DNA from: a virus
Lineage: Duplodnaviria; Caudoviricetes
IMG/VR virus record: IMGVR_UViG_3300045599_000046
Span: 1 to 32,881 of that record
DNA: 32,881 nt
Direction: 5' to 3' (one strand)
A model generated the notes under the pieces. The model saw only the letters and a list, made by a program, of their open reading frames with translations, made no database searches and was not told the DNA's origin. The position numbers were made by a program, and so were the translations under genes. This document shows positions 8,898 to 18,527 of this stretch, in pieces; within the stretch, counting starts at the first letter, position 1, and each line of letters opens with the position of its first letter.

Positions 8898-9392
8898 CTA
8901 ATGTATTACCTCAGTTTCACTATTAATCGATAATTTATCTAAATTTTCTTCTTCTGCAAGTTTTTTCGCTTCAATAGCAACTTTTGAAACAATTTGTCTC
9001 AATTCTAGTAGTAAGTTTTCTAATTCTGTCTTATTAAATTCCTCAAGTATTTTCTTTGTGTATTCACCATCGTCTAGTATACTCATCATTTCAAGTAACC
9101 CATCATAGCCTTCTGCGTTTGTCTCAATGGATGTAAAATGCTTAATAGCTAACATGACACTCAATGCTAAAATTACTTCAGTATCAAAAACTTTCTTGTT
9201 TTGCAATCCTTCAACTACTACTTCCATAAATTCTGTGAATAGTTGATTCTTCTTCGAAGGGCGAAACACAAGATCTATATCTAATTTTGCATTGTCAAAT
9301 TGTACTCTTTTTTTATCTTTAAACTTTTGTGTGTTTTGTTTTTTAATTTGATTCAAGGATAAATTTTTCATATTTTTACTCAAAATGATCAT
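8898..9392 (-). CDS. Probable tail assembly chaperone-like protein
   Basis: Follows the tail tube gene; helical and acidic; true start may be slightly downstream (TTG/ATG). Confidence 0.5.
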   Translation of the reverse strand: MIILSKNMKNLSLNQIKKQNTQKFKDKKRVQFDNAKLDIDLVFRPSKKNQLFTEFMEVVVEGLQNKKVFDTEVILALSVMLAIKHFTSIETNAEGYDGLLEMMSILDDGEYTKKILEEFNKTELENLLLELRQIVSKVAIEAKKLAEEENLDKLSINSETEVIH

Positions 9393-9431
9393 CTCCCAAT
9401 AATTTTTTTTAATTTAAATAGAAAAGTAGGG

Positions 9432-9491
9432 CAGGGGAGGTAAGATATGACCTTACACCACAGAATGTGTTCTTCCTTAAACTACACCCCT
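9432..9491 (-). ncRNA. 60-nt tRNA-like element with a vestigial anticodon arm
   Basis: AGGGGTG/CTCCCCT acceptor stem, TA linker, D arm GTTT-AAGGAA-GAAC, T-like arm GTAAG-GTCATAT-CTTAC, discriminator G. Confidence 0.55.
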
Positions 9492-9509
9492 AAAGCGATT
9501 GAAGAATAT

Positions 9510-9542
9510 AAATAAAAGGCGCATCCATTTTGGATACGCCTA
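9510..9542 (-). terminator. Intrinsic terminator after the tail tube gene
   Basis: AGGCGTATCC-AAAAT-GGATGCGCCT followed by TTTATTT on the minus strand. Confidence 0.75.
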
Positions 9543-9564
9543 ATAAGTATATTATATTTTATTT

Positions 9565-10329
9565 TTAAACGAGTTCGTCTTCATCATAAATTGTCATCAG
9601 CCACATGTCAGTGGAAGTAGGCGATTTAAGAATCTCCAGGTTTAAGTCGAGTACCGCAGGGTCCCCATCTACAGCAAGCGCCACGCTGAAATTATCTTCG
9701 AATTTGGCGACTGGGATTTCGATTTGAGCAGCAAAATCTTGTTGTGTATATTCATCTCGAACCAAACATTGTAAAACAACTCTAAATGTTTGTCCAAACT
9801 TATCAGATGTAACTCTCAAGGTTTTTGCTGTTGAATCTGTAGAAGTAGAGTAGTAGATGGAAACTTTTTCTCCGTCTATAACTCCAGAGGTAAATTCCAC
9901 TTCTTTACCAGTAACATCATACTCTGTTGAATCAATTTCCTGTCCTAATGTACCGTCCTCATTAATTACAAAGACTCCAACCAAATCCCCAACTGGTGTA
10001 CTACTTAATGTCACCTTGCCACTTACGACATCAAGCTCTTCGTAACGGGAAATATTTCTCGCACCCTCAATAAGATCATTCCCTGTCAACATTGCTAGCG
10101 CTTTATTATCAAATATTGCGTCAGATAATGTTAATTTTGCTTCTCGGTTACCAGAAAATCCGACAAGTTTAGGATTACCAAAACCTCCACGAGCATAAAC
10201 TGTTTCACCAGTATTTTCCAAACCACTAGTCTTTAATGTTTTCAGAGTAACCACAGGTTTTTTGGTCTTTAAACTATAAAATGTTGCGATACCAGCATCT
10301 CGAATTGCCCATCTGTTAGGTGTTGCCAT
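9565..10329 (-). CDS. Major tail tube protein
   Basis: VYARGGFGNPKL and DGDPAV motifs of SPbeta/Clostridium-type tail tubes; strong RBS and downstream terminator. Confidence 0.75.
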   Translation of the reverse strand: MATPNRWAIRDAGIATFYSLKTKKPVVTLKTLKTSGLENTGETVYARGGFGNPKLVGFSGNREAKLTLSDAIFDNKALAMLTGNDLIEGARNISRYEELDVVSGKVTLSSTPVGDLVGVFVINEDGTLGQEIDSTEYDVTGKEVEFTSGVIDGEKVSIYYSTSTDSTAKTLRVTSDKFGQTFRVVLQCLVRDEYTQQDFAAQIEIPVAKFEDNFSVALAVDGDPAVLDLNLEILKSPTSTDMWLMTIYDEDELV

Positions 10330-10344
10330 TGATAAAATTCCTCC

Positions 10345-11094
10345 TTAATATTTTACTTTTTTTGTCCAATGTAAATTAGACATATTTATTTGATTACCAT
10401 CCACTGTACCAGCGTACATTCCTGATAAAGTGAATTGGTAATTATCAACTTGATCCAGTCGAAGTAAAGCATCATAAAATTGAAAAATATTCATTTCAAA
10501 TACATTGAAGATGTTTATATTATTTGACTTCCAAGCAATCCCTGATATTTTACTTGCCAAGCTGAACATAGGCTCTTTTATTTTCAATATTTCAGATTTT
10601 ATTTTTTTTATTTCGTTAATAAAACTTTTAGTTTTTTCCCCAGCAGGATTATATTCTTCTTCTTCAAACTTCACATTGTTAGCTACCTTCACTAACTCTT
10701 GAATCAAATCAAAATTATTATTATCGAGTCTCTTATTTTCTGTAATATCTCCAAAATAAAAAAAGAGTCCCAAATCTTCTGGACTCATAAAAACTTCGTC
10801 TTTAAAGAATATGTACATAGCTTGTTTGAAGTCATTCCAAAAAGTTTCACTGTAGTAGCAATTTACGTATGTAATATCAAAATTTGTTAGCTCATCAGGA
10901 TTTTTTAATCCTTTAATAGTATCTTTATTAATAAGCAAAAGAGAGATTAAACTATTATATCTATTTTCTCCGATTTTAATAATTTCTTTTAGAGTAGGGA
11001 TGTGGAATTCTATCCCACTATTGCCTATTGGTATAGGAATATTGGCAAGCATTTTTAATTCAATATCACTGTTATTCATGAGATATATCCTCAA
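10345..11094 (-). CDS. Conserved phage tail-module protein
   Basis: C-terminal GMYAGTVD...LHW motif; synteny. Confidence 0.6.
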   Translation of the reverse strand: MRIYLMNNSDIELKMLANIPIPIGNSGIEFHIPTLKEIIKIGENRYNSLISLLLINKDTIKGLKNPDELTNFDITYVNCYYSETFWNDFKQAMYIFFKDEVFMSPEDLGLFFYFGDITENKRLDNNNFDLIQELVKVANNVKFEEEEYNPAGEKTKSFINEIKKIKSEILKIKEPMFSLASKISGIAWKSNNINIFNVFEMNIFQFYDALLRLDQVDNYQFTLSGMYAGTVDGNQINMSNLHWTKKVKY

Positions 11095-11567
11095 TTAAAT
11101 TCCCACAGCTTATAGGCAATATAACTGCCTATATAATCTGTGTTAACGAATAATACTTCATCCATCTTTTCAAATTTTAATCTGCCTATGCCCAATCCCA
11201 ATTTTCCATTAACCAATTTGTCTATTTCTGAAATTATATAGTCGTATCTAAGAAAACCATAGTCAGTAATTGCTAAATCTTTATGGGTAATTGCAGAGAT
11301 ACTAATTATTCCAGACTTATAAGCACTTTTTACCAATTGATAATTCCTAAACGACAATAAAATATATGTTGAAACATCTTTCTCGCTATCTGGTACTCGA
11401 TAGAAGGGGAATATTTTATTCATAATTAAATCGGAGGGGTCAATAATATCTGGCTGATCTAAAAAATTAGGCTTATCGTACTTTAAAGCCTTGCATATTC
11501 CTTGTGACGATAATATTCTTTCAATTATTGTAATTTTATCTTTACTCAAATCTTGCAATCTTAGCAC
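11091..11567 (-). CDS. Tail terminator-like protein
   Basis: LRYD.I..EID...G.G motif; synteny. Confidence 0.55.
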   Translation of the reverse strand: MLRLQDLSKDKITIIERILSSQGICKALKYDKPNFLDQPDIIDPSDLIMNKIFPFYRVPDSEKDVSTYILLSFRNYQLVKSAYKSGIISISAITHKDLAITDYGFLRYDYIISEIDKLVNGKLGLGIGRLKFEKMDEVLFVNTDYIGSYIAYKLWEFN

Positions 11568-11586
11568 TAATAATATTTCCCTCCTT

Positions 11587-12819
11587 TTAGAATAAATTTC
11601 TCATTTGTATTCGAGTCCATTTTTCAATTGAATTATCTCTTTGCAATACCGCTTTTAACTGAATATATCCACTCACTGAATCATTGTTCTTTATAGTACA
11701 GACAGTATCTGTTTCATTTATGATTTTAGCTAGACTTGTGTTTGATATTTGGTCATCAGCATATAACTTCCATGAAACAGGCTCATTTGTAGCTAGTACG
11801 CCATTTTTATAAACTTCAGCTACATACTGTTTTTGTTGGTTCTTCTTAATTTCATTTGGTTTATCAGAAGTAGACACAATTACAATAGAGTAGTCATCTT
11901 CAACAGGAATACTAACAACATTCACAACTATGCTGCTTTGACCACTTTGATATTGAACATAAACCTCAGCGCTTCCTTCGGAAATTGCTTCAATTTCTCC
12001 AGTGTCATCAACAGTTAAAATTGATGTGTCAGTTGAAGTAAAAGTCAATGGGGGATTAGAAACAACTTCGCCATCTCTTTTTGCAATGATATTTAGCTTC
12101 AAAGATTGACCAATTTGCATATCAAAGTTTCCATTTAAAATTTCAACTTCATAGCTAACAAGTGATTTATAGTAATCAGCGATTCCTAGCTCTTTATTGT
12201 CTCTTGCAGGATTAAATAAATCATCTTTAAGATTAAGATGAACTAAACCATTTTCACTTACACAGTCATGGTCAATTACTGTAAAGACATTACCACCAAA
12301 CATAAATCGCATATCTCTAACTATTTTAGTTGTATGTTCATTTTTTTGAACAATTACTTGTCTGCGACCATCAGGCATTGTCATAACTTTATCAGAAAAT
12401 ACACCAAAGTTTGCTTTAGCGCCATAATGAAATACACATGGAAAAAACTGCACTTGATCATTATCATCAACCCATTTAAGATTTTCAGAACTACATTGAG
12501 CAATTCTTCCTCTGTAGTATATATTTCCTTGATGATCTACAATCAGAGTTAACCAAGTTTTATCATCCCACTGAATATAATCCCCACGTTGTAAAACATA
12601 ACTTGGCGCAAGAGATATATGTTTTAAATCTTCACTTTTTGAATCATCAACAACTAGTGAAGGAGTAGGGGAGGGGGAGTTGTTTATTATGACTTCATCA
12701 TATGACGGATTTGTTTTCATTAATCTACTTGCTTCTCTAATGAAAGTCTTTGTCATAGATCCTTTGACACTCCCACCACGCTTGGTCAGATATTTTTTGT
12801 AAGAGTCCTGAAATGACAT
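11587..12819 (-). CDS. Head-closure-like protein with C-terminal Ig-like (Big_2) domains
   Basis: GDYIQW..WL, DNKELGIADY, FTSTDTSILTVD.TG.I.A..EG.A Ig motif. Confidence 0.65.
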   Translation of the reverse strand: MSFQDSYKKYLTKRGGSVKGSMTKTFIREASRLMKTNPSYDEVIINNSPSPTPSLVVDDSKSEDLKHISLAPSYVLQRGDYIQWDDKTWLTLIVDHQGNIYYRGRIAQCSSENLKWVDDNDQVQFFPCVFHYGAKANFGVFSDKVMTMPDGRRQVIVQKNEHTTKIVRDMRFMFGGNVFTVIDHDCVSENGLVHLNLKDDLFNPARDNKELGIADYYKSLVSYEVEILNGNFDMQIGQSLKLNIIAKRDGEVVSNPPLTFTSTDTSILTVDDTGEIEAISEGSAEVYVQYQSGQSSIVVNVVSIPVEDDYSIVIVSTSDKPNEIKKNQQKQYVAEVYKNGVLATNEPVSWKLYADDQISNTSLAKIINETDTVCTIKNNDSVSGYIQLKAVLQRDNSIEKWTRIQMRNLF

Positions 12820-12821
12820 AA

Positions 12822-13253
12822 TTACACCTCCGAACTCTTAATATCAAACCTGTAGAAGTTGATTTGCGTATTCACCCTGTACCATATACTATCTCTCGTT
12901 GCCCTAATCTCTTTAAGTTGATTTGCTGGACTATGTATTTGGAAGTCTTTAGTAGTCAAATACTTCTCAAAGTTTTCTTTGCTTTCAGTTTGCATACCCA
13001 TCCATTCTGCAACACAAAGAGAAGATAAGATATCCTGTTCTGCATCACTTAGAGCCTCATTAAACGTTCTTGTTTCCATGTCTCTATCCCTAAGATTTTT
13101 CCTACAATATCGAAACTTTGGAATTGCATTAATAAGATAAGTATCAAACATTTGATCTTGATCATGTACATCTAATCCTAAATAATCATAATCAATAATT
13201 TTAGATAGAAATCTATTTTTTATTTCATCGAAAGATGTTGCCAAACACCCCAC
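12822..13253 (-). CDS. Head-tail adaptor-like protein
   Basis: T.F.EI..RFLSKI and DF..HSPANQL motifs; synteny. Confidence 0.6.
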   Translation of the reverse strand: MGCLATSFDEIKNRFLSKIIDYDYLGLDVHDQDQMFDTYLINAIPKFRYCRKNLRDRDMETRTFNEALSDAEQDILSSLCVAEWMGMQTESKENFEKYLTTKDFQIHSPANQLKEIRATRDSIWYRVNTQINFYRFDIKSSEV

Positions 13254-13258
13254 CTACT

Positions 13259-13684
13259 TTATTTATCTTCGAGTAACCTAAATTGATAGCCTGACCACTC
13301 TTCAAGATATTTAACTTTGTTCAAGTTTAAATCCTCAAACTCTCTTGCAAGACCAATTACACGATCAACTACATGTTTTTCTTTCTCGTCTACGAGAGTA
13401 GATTTGATCTTGTTTAAATGACCTTTAATTAAGTCTCTAATTTCATCATCAGAGTAATTAGCAACAGTGCGAACCTCAAACCCAAACTCTTTGTTTTTTT
13501 CTACATCATCAATAATCAGCATTTTCCTCCGAAACATATTGCTGGTGCTGTTAATAAAATCTATTTCTTCTTCTGGAATTGAGCGATATCCTTTGGGAGG
13601 AATAACGGTACTTTTGATTCCATCCATGAAGTTGATCCCAATATCAAAAACATTTGGGTTAATAACTTTTATTTTTTTTGACAT
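13259..13684 (-). CDS. Phage protein downstream of the capsid gene
   Basis: RBS AAGGGAG; synteny. Confidence 0.65.
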   Translation of the reverse strand: MSKKIKVINPNVFDIGINFMDGIKSTVIPPKGYRSIPEEEIDFINSTSNMFRRKMLIIDDVEKNKEFGFEVRTVANYSDDEIRDLIKGHLNKIKSTLVDEKEKHVVDRVIGLAREFEDLNLNKVKYLEEWSGYQFRLLEDK

Positions 13685-13752
13685 TATAATTTCTCCCTTT
13701 TAATATTAGTAGAGGAGAGGATAGACCTCTCCATTTTTATTTTTTGTATTTT

Positions 13753-14760
13753 TTAGCTTAAAGTGGTATCCTCATAAACAGCCATTGGTTGACGAACTTT
13801 ATCTGCACCAACAACACCAGATCCCATAAACTGATCGAAACGCATTCTGTAAGACTTATCTTCAAATTGTTGTTCAGACATTGAATCAATTCCACCAGGG
13901 AACCAAATCTTCAGTGTCTTCATATCTGGGCGCACATTTGGAATAATATAAATATAGCCCTTGTTAAGCGCAGTATCAAAACCAGTCAATCCAACATATG
14001 GGTTTACCAGCTTGACAACTCGGGCACCTTTATAAATTCCAATAACTCCACTACGGTTCACTTCATCAACAATAGTATCACTTGTTTTACCATTGACCTC
14101 AGTTAAATTAGGCAACTTTTGAAGTGCTTCATAATCACCAACAATAGCGCAGTTGCCATTAAAACGCTGCATAGCATTAAGTAGCTTGTCAAAGCTTGCA
14201 GCTACAAGACCATTACCACTTGCATAATTGGGGGTAGGTAGACCTTGCATAGTTGCATATAGAGTATCCTGCACTTTCTGAGCAATTTTAATATCAAATT
14301 GGTTGAGAACATCATCAATCAACATGCCAAAGTCATAACGACCATCAGCAAGCTCAATCCATTCTGCTACTGGAATTGCCGACAATGCTTCATACTTGAG
14401 TGGCTCGTAAGCAAAGCCAATACGTGATGCATCAGCAGTAGCAGTAACTGCTTGCCAATAAGCTTCTACTTGCTGTGTACGGTATTTGAATTGTGGACGC
14501 TCAGTAAGTCCAGTACGTTGAACATCGCCAATGATATCAAGGTAATTGGTACGGAACCAAATCATACTATCAATAATATAAGTCATAATTTCGCTTAATT
14601 CATAACGACTTTGAGGATTCTTAATATCCTGAGCCAATTCTTTGATATGTGCCAATGAAGCTTTAAAATCAGCCTTAAAAGTCTCATTCATATCTTGTTT
14701 AGGATTTAAATAAGCCTGAGAAAAAACTTGTACAATTCTAGATTTTTTAGTTACTGCCAT
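13753..14760 (-). CDS. Major capsid protein (YonB-like)
   Basis: 335 aa, GVIGIYKGARVVKLVN motif, follows the protease and decoration genes. Confidence 0.8.
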   Translation of the reverse strand: MAVTKKSRIVQVFSQAYLNPKQDMNETFKADFKASLAHIKELAQDIKNPQSRYELSEIMTYIIDSMIWFRTNYLDIIGDVQRTGLTERPQFKYRTQQVEAYWQAVTATADASRIGFAYEPLKYEALSAIPVAEWIELADGRYDFGMLIDDVLNQFDIKIAQKVQDTLYATMQGLPTPNYASGNGLVAASFDKLLNAMQRFNGNCAIVGDYEALQKLPNLTEVNGKTSDTIVDEVNRSGVIGIYKGARVVKLVNPYVGLTGFDTALNKGYIYIIPNVRPDMKTLKIWFPGGIDSMSEQQFEDKSYRMRFDQFMGSGVVGADKVRQPMAVYEDTTLS

Positions 14761-14792
14761 TATGTAATATCCTCCTTATATTTTACGTTTAA

Positions 14793-15230
14793 TTAAACTG
14801 TAACAACTTCAAATTTAATTGCTTCTTTTCCAAAAAGAGTAGTTTTATCTTTTACAGCAAGACCAACTGAGCCAACTTCTGGAGTGCCAGCTTCAGCCTT
14901 TCCATCTGCACCAACCACAAATTTGTCACCTTCATTAATAGAAGCATATGTACCAACAAATTGATCAGTAGTAATAACATCGCCCAATTGAAGGGTGCGA
15001 AGTGGTAAAAATTCATTCTTTTTATACACTACATCACTATCTGCGACTGCTTGCTGATCAATGGTATTATTGCGCTGCAATACCAATTTTGCACCTTCTC
15101 CACTGGAAGCACCAGATGCTGTTTTATCTGCATAGTTAACAGTAACAAAAGTGCCAGGAACAGTATCAGCAGATGCACGATACCCACCTTCTACAACAAA
15201 ATCAGATTGTTTATTTACTAAAACTGCCAT
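14793..15230 (-). CDS. Head decoration/capsid accessory protein (YonC-like position)
   Basis: Small beta-rich protein between protease and capsid; GDVITT motif. Confidence 0.6.
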   Translation of the reverse strand: MAVLVNKQSDFVVEGGYRASADTVPGTFVTVNYADKTASGASSGEGAKLVLQRNNTIDQQAVADSDVVYKKNEFLPLRTLQLGDVITTDQFVGTYASINEGDKFVVGADGKAEAGTPEVGSVGLAVKDKTTLFGKEAIKFEVVTV

Positions 15231-15264
15231 TTATGTAATCCTCCTTGAATATATTTTATATTTA

Positions 15265-16773
15265 TTACTCGCCATCTACTTCAGACAAGAGATAATCCCT
15301 AGTAGACACTGGAGCCAAATCTTCTTGTTTAGAAGCAAAAGTGACAATTTCAGTGCTACCTTTTTTGTCATCAAACTTTTTAGCAATTTCAGCAACCGCA
15401 AGATCATTCAACTTGTTGACATCACATGCCTCAATTGCCTTTTTAGCCTCCTCAGACTCAAAAACCTCCTTGGAAAGAAGCTTAGAGTATTTCTTACTAA
15501 GTTCTTGCTTTTGAACTTCTTTCTGAGCCAATTCAACTTCTTCCTTAAACTTAGTAAGATCCTCGATTTGAGAATTGAGTTTAATTTCTTGTTGCTCTTT
15601 TTGGTCTAGTTGCTCTTTTTGAGAAACAATTACACCATTTAGTTCATCAACTTTGCCATTCAGTGTCTCATTTTCACCTTCAAGTTTTACTACCTTTTCT
15701 TGAAGTTCTTTTAGTTGTGCTTGCATTTGTTCATCCATTTGCCTTAGATCCTCCTTATTTTTTTCATTTAACTCATGAATTTTTGATGCTAACTCAGCAG
15801 AAAGTCTTTCTTTTTCTGCCAATAAATCATCAATAGAAACTCCATCAGGAATAAAACCTCTATACCCAGACACCCAATTTTCTTGAGTATCTAGAATTAC
15901 AGTATCATTCTCAATTTTGTATGAAATTTTATACAATTGACTATAGCTATTCCAGTCTTCAACAATTACATACTCTGTATAAACATCTAAAATATAATAA
16001 TTATATTTACGATAATTATCTTTGGGGTTGATTGGATTAAGAAGATTATAAATTTGACTGCTAACTTCCTCTAGTTTGAGGGCAGATATTTCCAATTCCC
16101 CATGATACTTAATCTCAAAACCTTTGTTAAAAACTTCAACAGTTGTCTGTTCTCCCAATTCATCACCTCCTTCAACAATGTCTTTTTCAAGGGCTTCAGC
16201 TATCAATAAATCTGCTTTACTCATTACTTCTGCTGGGGAAGTTACAACGCATGATCCAAACAACTCATTAACATCTGTGCCATCGGAGTAGGGGATGGTG
16301 CGAATATCTTTTTCATTCTCGCCATAAAAAGCGACTAAAACTTCGCAGCTAAATCTCAAGGAGTCATCTTCATACAATTCTTTAACAGCTTCACAGACAT
16401 TAGGAAAACGCTTGAATATCTTCGCGGAACCCATTAATTTTACTGTCCCATCGTCATCTTCATCTTTCCAAAAAGAGGTGAAGGAGCCAATAATGTCAGT
16501 ATTTAATTCTCCAGTTCTTTTATTAAATTCATGGCTTAGATTTGAATAGCTACCGTTTTCCAATTTGTAACGAGAAGCGACCAGAGGTATGCCAATGTAT
16601 TTTTCTTGATTTTCAACTACACCATCAATAAAATCATCAGTAAATCTTGCCTTATTTAAGTTAGCTTTATTAGTTAATATGCACATGGTTAATTCCATGT
16701 AAATATCATTTGTTTCCTCGTTTAACTCCAATATTACTGGATTTAATTTTATACTTTCCTTTTTCAATTTCAT
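15265..16773 (-). CDS. Prohead protease/scaffold protein (YonD-like)
   Basis: NKANLN, IIGS, FSCEV, GSCVV..PA N-terminal protease-like domain plus coiled coil; RBS AGGAGGTG favours ATG at 16773. Confidence 0.75.
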   Translation of the reverse strand: MKLKKESIKLNPVILELNEETNDIYMELTMCILTNKANLNKARFTDDFIDGVVENQEKYIGIPLVASRYKLENGSYSNLSHEFNKRTGELNTDIIGSFTSFWKDEDDDGTVKLMGSAKIFKRFPNVCEAVKELYEDDSLRFSCEVLVAFYGENEKDIRTIPYSDGTDVNELFGSCVVTSPAEVMSKADLLIAEALEKDIVEGGDELGEQTTVEVFNKGFEIKYHGELEISALKLEEVSSQIYNLLNPINPKDNYRKYNYYILDVYTEYVIVEDWNSYSQLYKISYKIENDTVILDTQENWVSGYRGFIPDGVSIDDLLAEKERLSAELASKIHELNEKNKEDLRQMDEQMQAQLKELQEKVVKLEGENETLNGKVDELNGVIVSQKEQLDQKEQQEIKLNSQIEDLTKFKEEVELAQKEVQKQELSKKYSKLLSKEVFESEEAKKAIEACDVNKLNDLAVAEIAKKFDDKKGSTEIVTFASKQEDLAPVSTRDYLLSEVDGE

Positions 16774-16913
16774 CTTCACCTCCTTCCTCAAGTTCACCTA
16801 ACTCCAAGAATAGCGATGCCTTTTTGGAAGCAGTTTGAAATTTTGAATTGAAGCAAGAGGGGAACTGTTGGGGTTTATATCCTTTCATAAAAATCACCTC
16901 CAAAATAAGAAAA

Positions 16914-18479
16914 CTAGTCACTTGGACTAGGATTATTGTTCCCACCGCTGGTATTTGATTTGTCTGTGTTATCATTCTTTCCATCACTCTGAGGACGACC
17001 GCCACTGCTATCTCCAGAGCTAGTAAAAGATGTATTATGTACAGGCAATATTTCATCTAATTTCAAAACTTCATTCTCGTAACGTACTTGTGAATACCAG
17101 TGATCAAAGTCTCTGCCACTTGCTTCAACATAATCTTTAAGTGAACCTCTTCCCTTGAGATACAGTGCCTCGGCACGTTCAAATTCTTTGTCCTGATTTA
17201 AATAAGTTACTCTACCAAATCTAATCTTAGGATTAAATTGGCTATTGGAGACAATATATCCAATATACTCATTTAGAGCATCTTCAATTTGTTCCACAAT
17301 ATTAAAAATAAAGGCACTTACTTTTTCAGCATTTATTGTAGCTGAACCATATGTTTGGTGAACACCACCACCAGCACTAAGACTTTGAGAGTATCCAAGT
17401 TTATTGAAAATATCCCGATCAATTCTGTCATAGGTTTCTTTAGGGAATATACTATCTGTCATATTTACTTTTAACGCATCAATTTTAACAAAATCAGGAA
17501 TAGTTAATGGTGCAACAGTTGAACCATTATTTTCATTAGTAGTATTTTTCCCTTGTAGTAAACCTTTCAAATTTTCATGGTAATGATCTACAAGCTCAGG
17601 TGGTGCAGGCATTGTTCCTTTTCCCTGAGCGTCAGGAATACTCCCAACACTTTGGGTGATAATTTGATTCAGTACTCTATCTGCTACAGCACTTTCTGTT
17701 CGTTCAAGCAAATCTTTATGAATAATACTGGCTAGAGCAGGGATGCAATAGGGTGGGGCATAAGGGTCATTTCTACCCCCACGAAATTTAAAAACTTGAG
17801 TTCTCTTTATATCCAATGGAACATATCTCAGATTTTTATTATTTCTATCATTATTATATTTAACATACTTATCAAGTGTAACTTCGTCAGGCATTGCTCT
17901 AATAAATTCGAGCAATTCTGGTGTTGTCCAATTAGATTTATATGTATAAATATAGTTTAAATCATAGAAAACTTGCCATTTGCCGTTTACCATAAATTCG
18001 CAAATATATTGATCTGGTTCTAGAAATTGTATAAATTTATTATCTCGGTTATACCAAACACAGATGCCCTCATTCATAGTTTGAAAAATTGTGTCTCTGG
18101 ATAATTTTTTTACTTTTATATCTTCAATAAATTTATCAACAGACTTCTTTTTTGAGGCAAAAGTTTTCTGATGCATGTTTTCCCACATGATGGAATAGTT
18201 TAGAATTGGCAATGATTTAAACGTATCATAACAATCTGTAACGATTCCATTTTTATTATAAAAATAGTTACTTAGTTTAATTAATTCTTTTCGAAAAGTG
18301 ATAGGATTATTGAGATACTTGAATAGATCGTTAATGTTAAAATTAAATATTTTCATACCAGGAAATTTATTTGTTATGACAGCATAGAATGAAGCAAATT
18401 CGTAAAAAGATTTGTCAACTAGAGATGGTTCATTTGTATTAGAATGAGTCGTTATAGATTGTGTTTTAATTTTAGATAT
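16914..18479 (-). CDS. Portal protein (YonE-like), probably with a non-ATG start
   Basis: Follows terminase; TSFT.SG..GGRP C-terminal tail; AGGAGG at 18489-18494 precedes in-frame ATT/ATC/ATA, extending the 18356 ORF by about 41 codons. Confidence 0.8.
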   Translation of the reverse strand: MSKIKTQSITTHSNTNEPSLVDKSFYEFASFYAVITNKFPGMKIFNFNINDLFKYLNNPITFRKELIKLSNYFYNKNGIVTDCYDTFKSLPILNYSIMWENMHQKTFASKKKSVDKFIEDIKVKKLSRDTIFQTMNEGICVWYNRDNKFIQFLEPDQYICEFMVNGKWQVFYDLNYIYTYKSNWTTPELLEFIRAMPDEVTLDKYVKYNNDRNNKNLRYVPLDIKRTQVFKFRGGRNDPYAPPYCIPALASIIHKDLLERTESAVADRVLNQIITQSVGSIPDAQGKGTMPAPPELVDHYHENLKGLLQGKNTTNENNGSTVAPLTIPDFVKIDALKVNMTDSIFPKETYDRIDRDIFNKLGYSQSLSAGGGVHQTYGSATINAEKVSAFIFNIVEQIEDALNEYIGYIVSNSQFNPKIRFGRVTYLNQDKEFERAEALYLKGRGSLKDYVEASGRDFDHWYSQVRYENEVLKLDEILPVHNTSFTSSGDSSGGRPQSDGKNDNTDKSNTSGGNNNPSPSD

Positions 18480-18527
18480 GATAATTTACCTCCTTTCTTT
18501 CAAAATGAAGTGGATAACATTTCTTAA

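Noticed and set aside
9432-9491. Functional decoding tRNA gene
   Set aside because: No canonical anticodon stem-loop, the T loop lacks TTC, and there is no CCA
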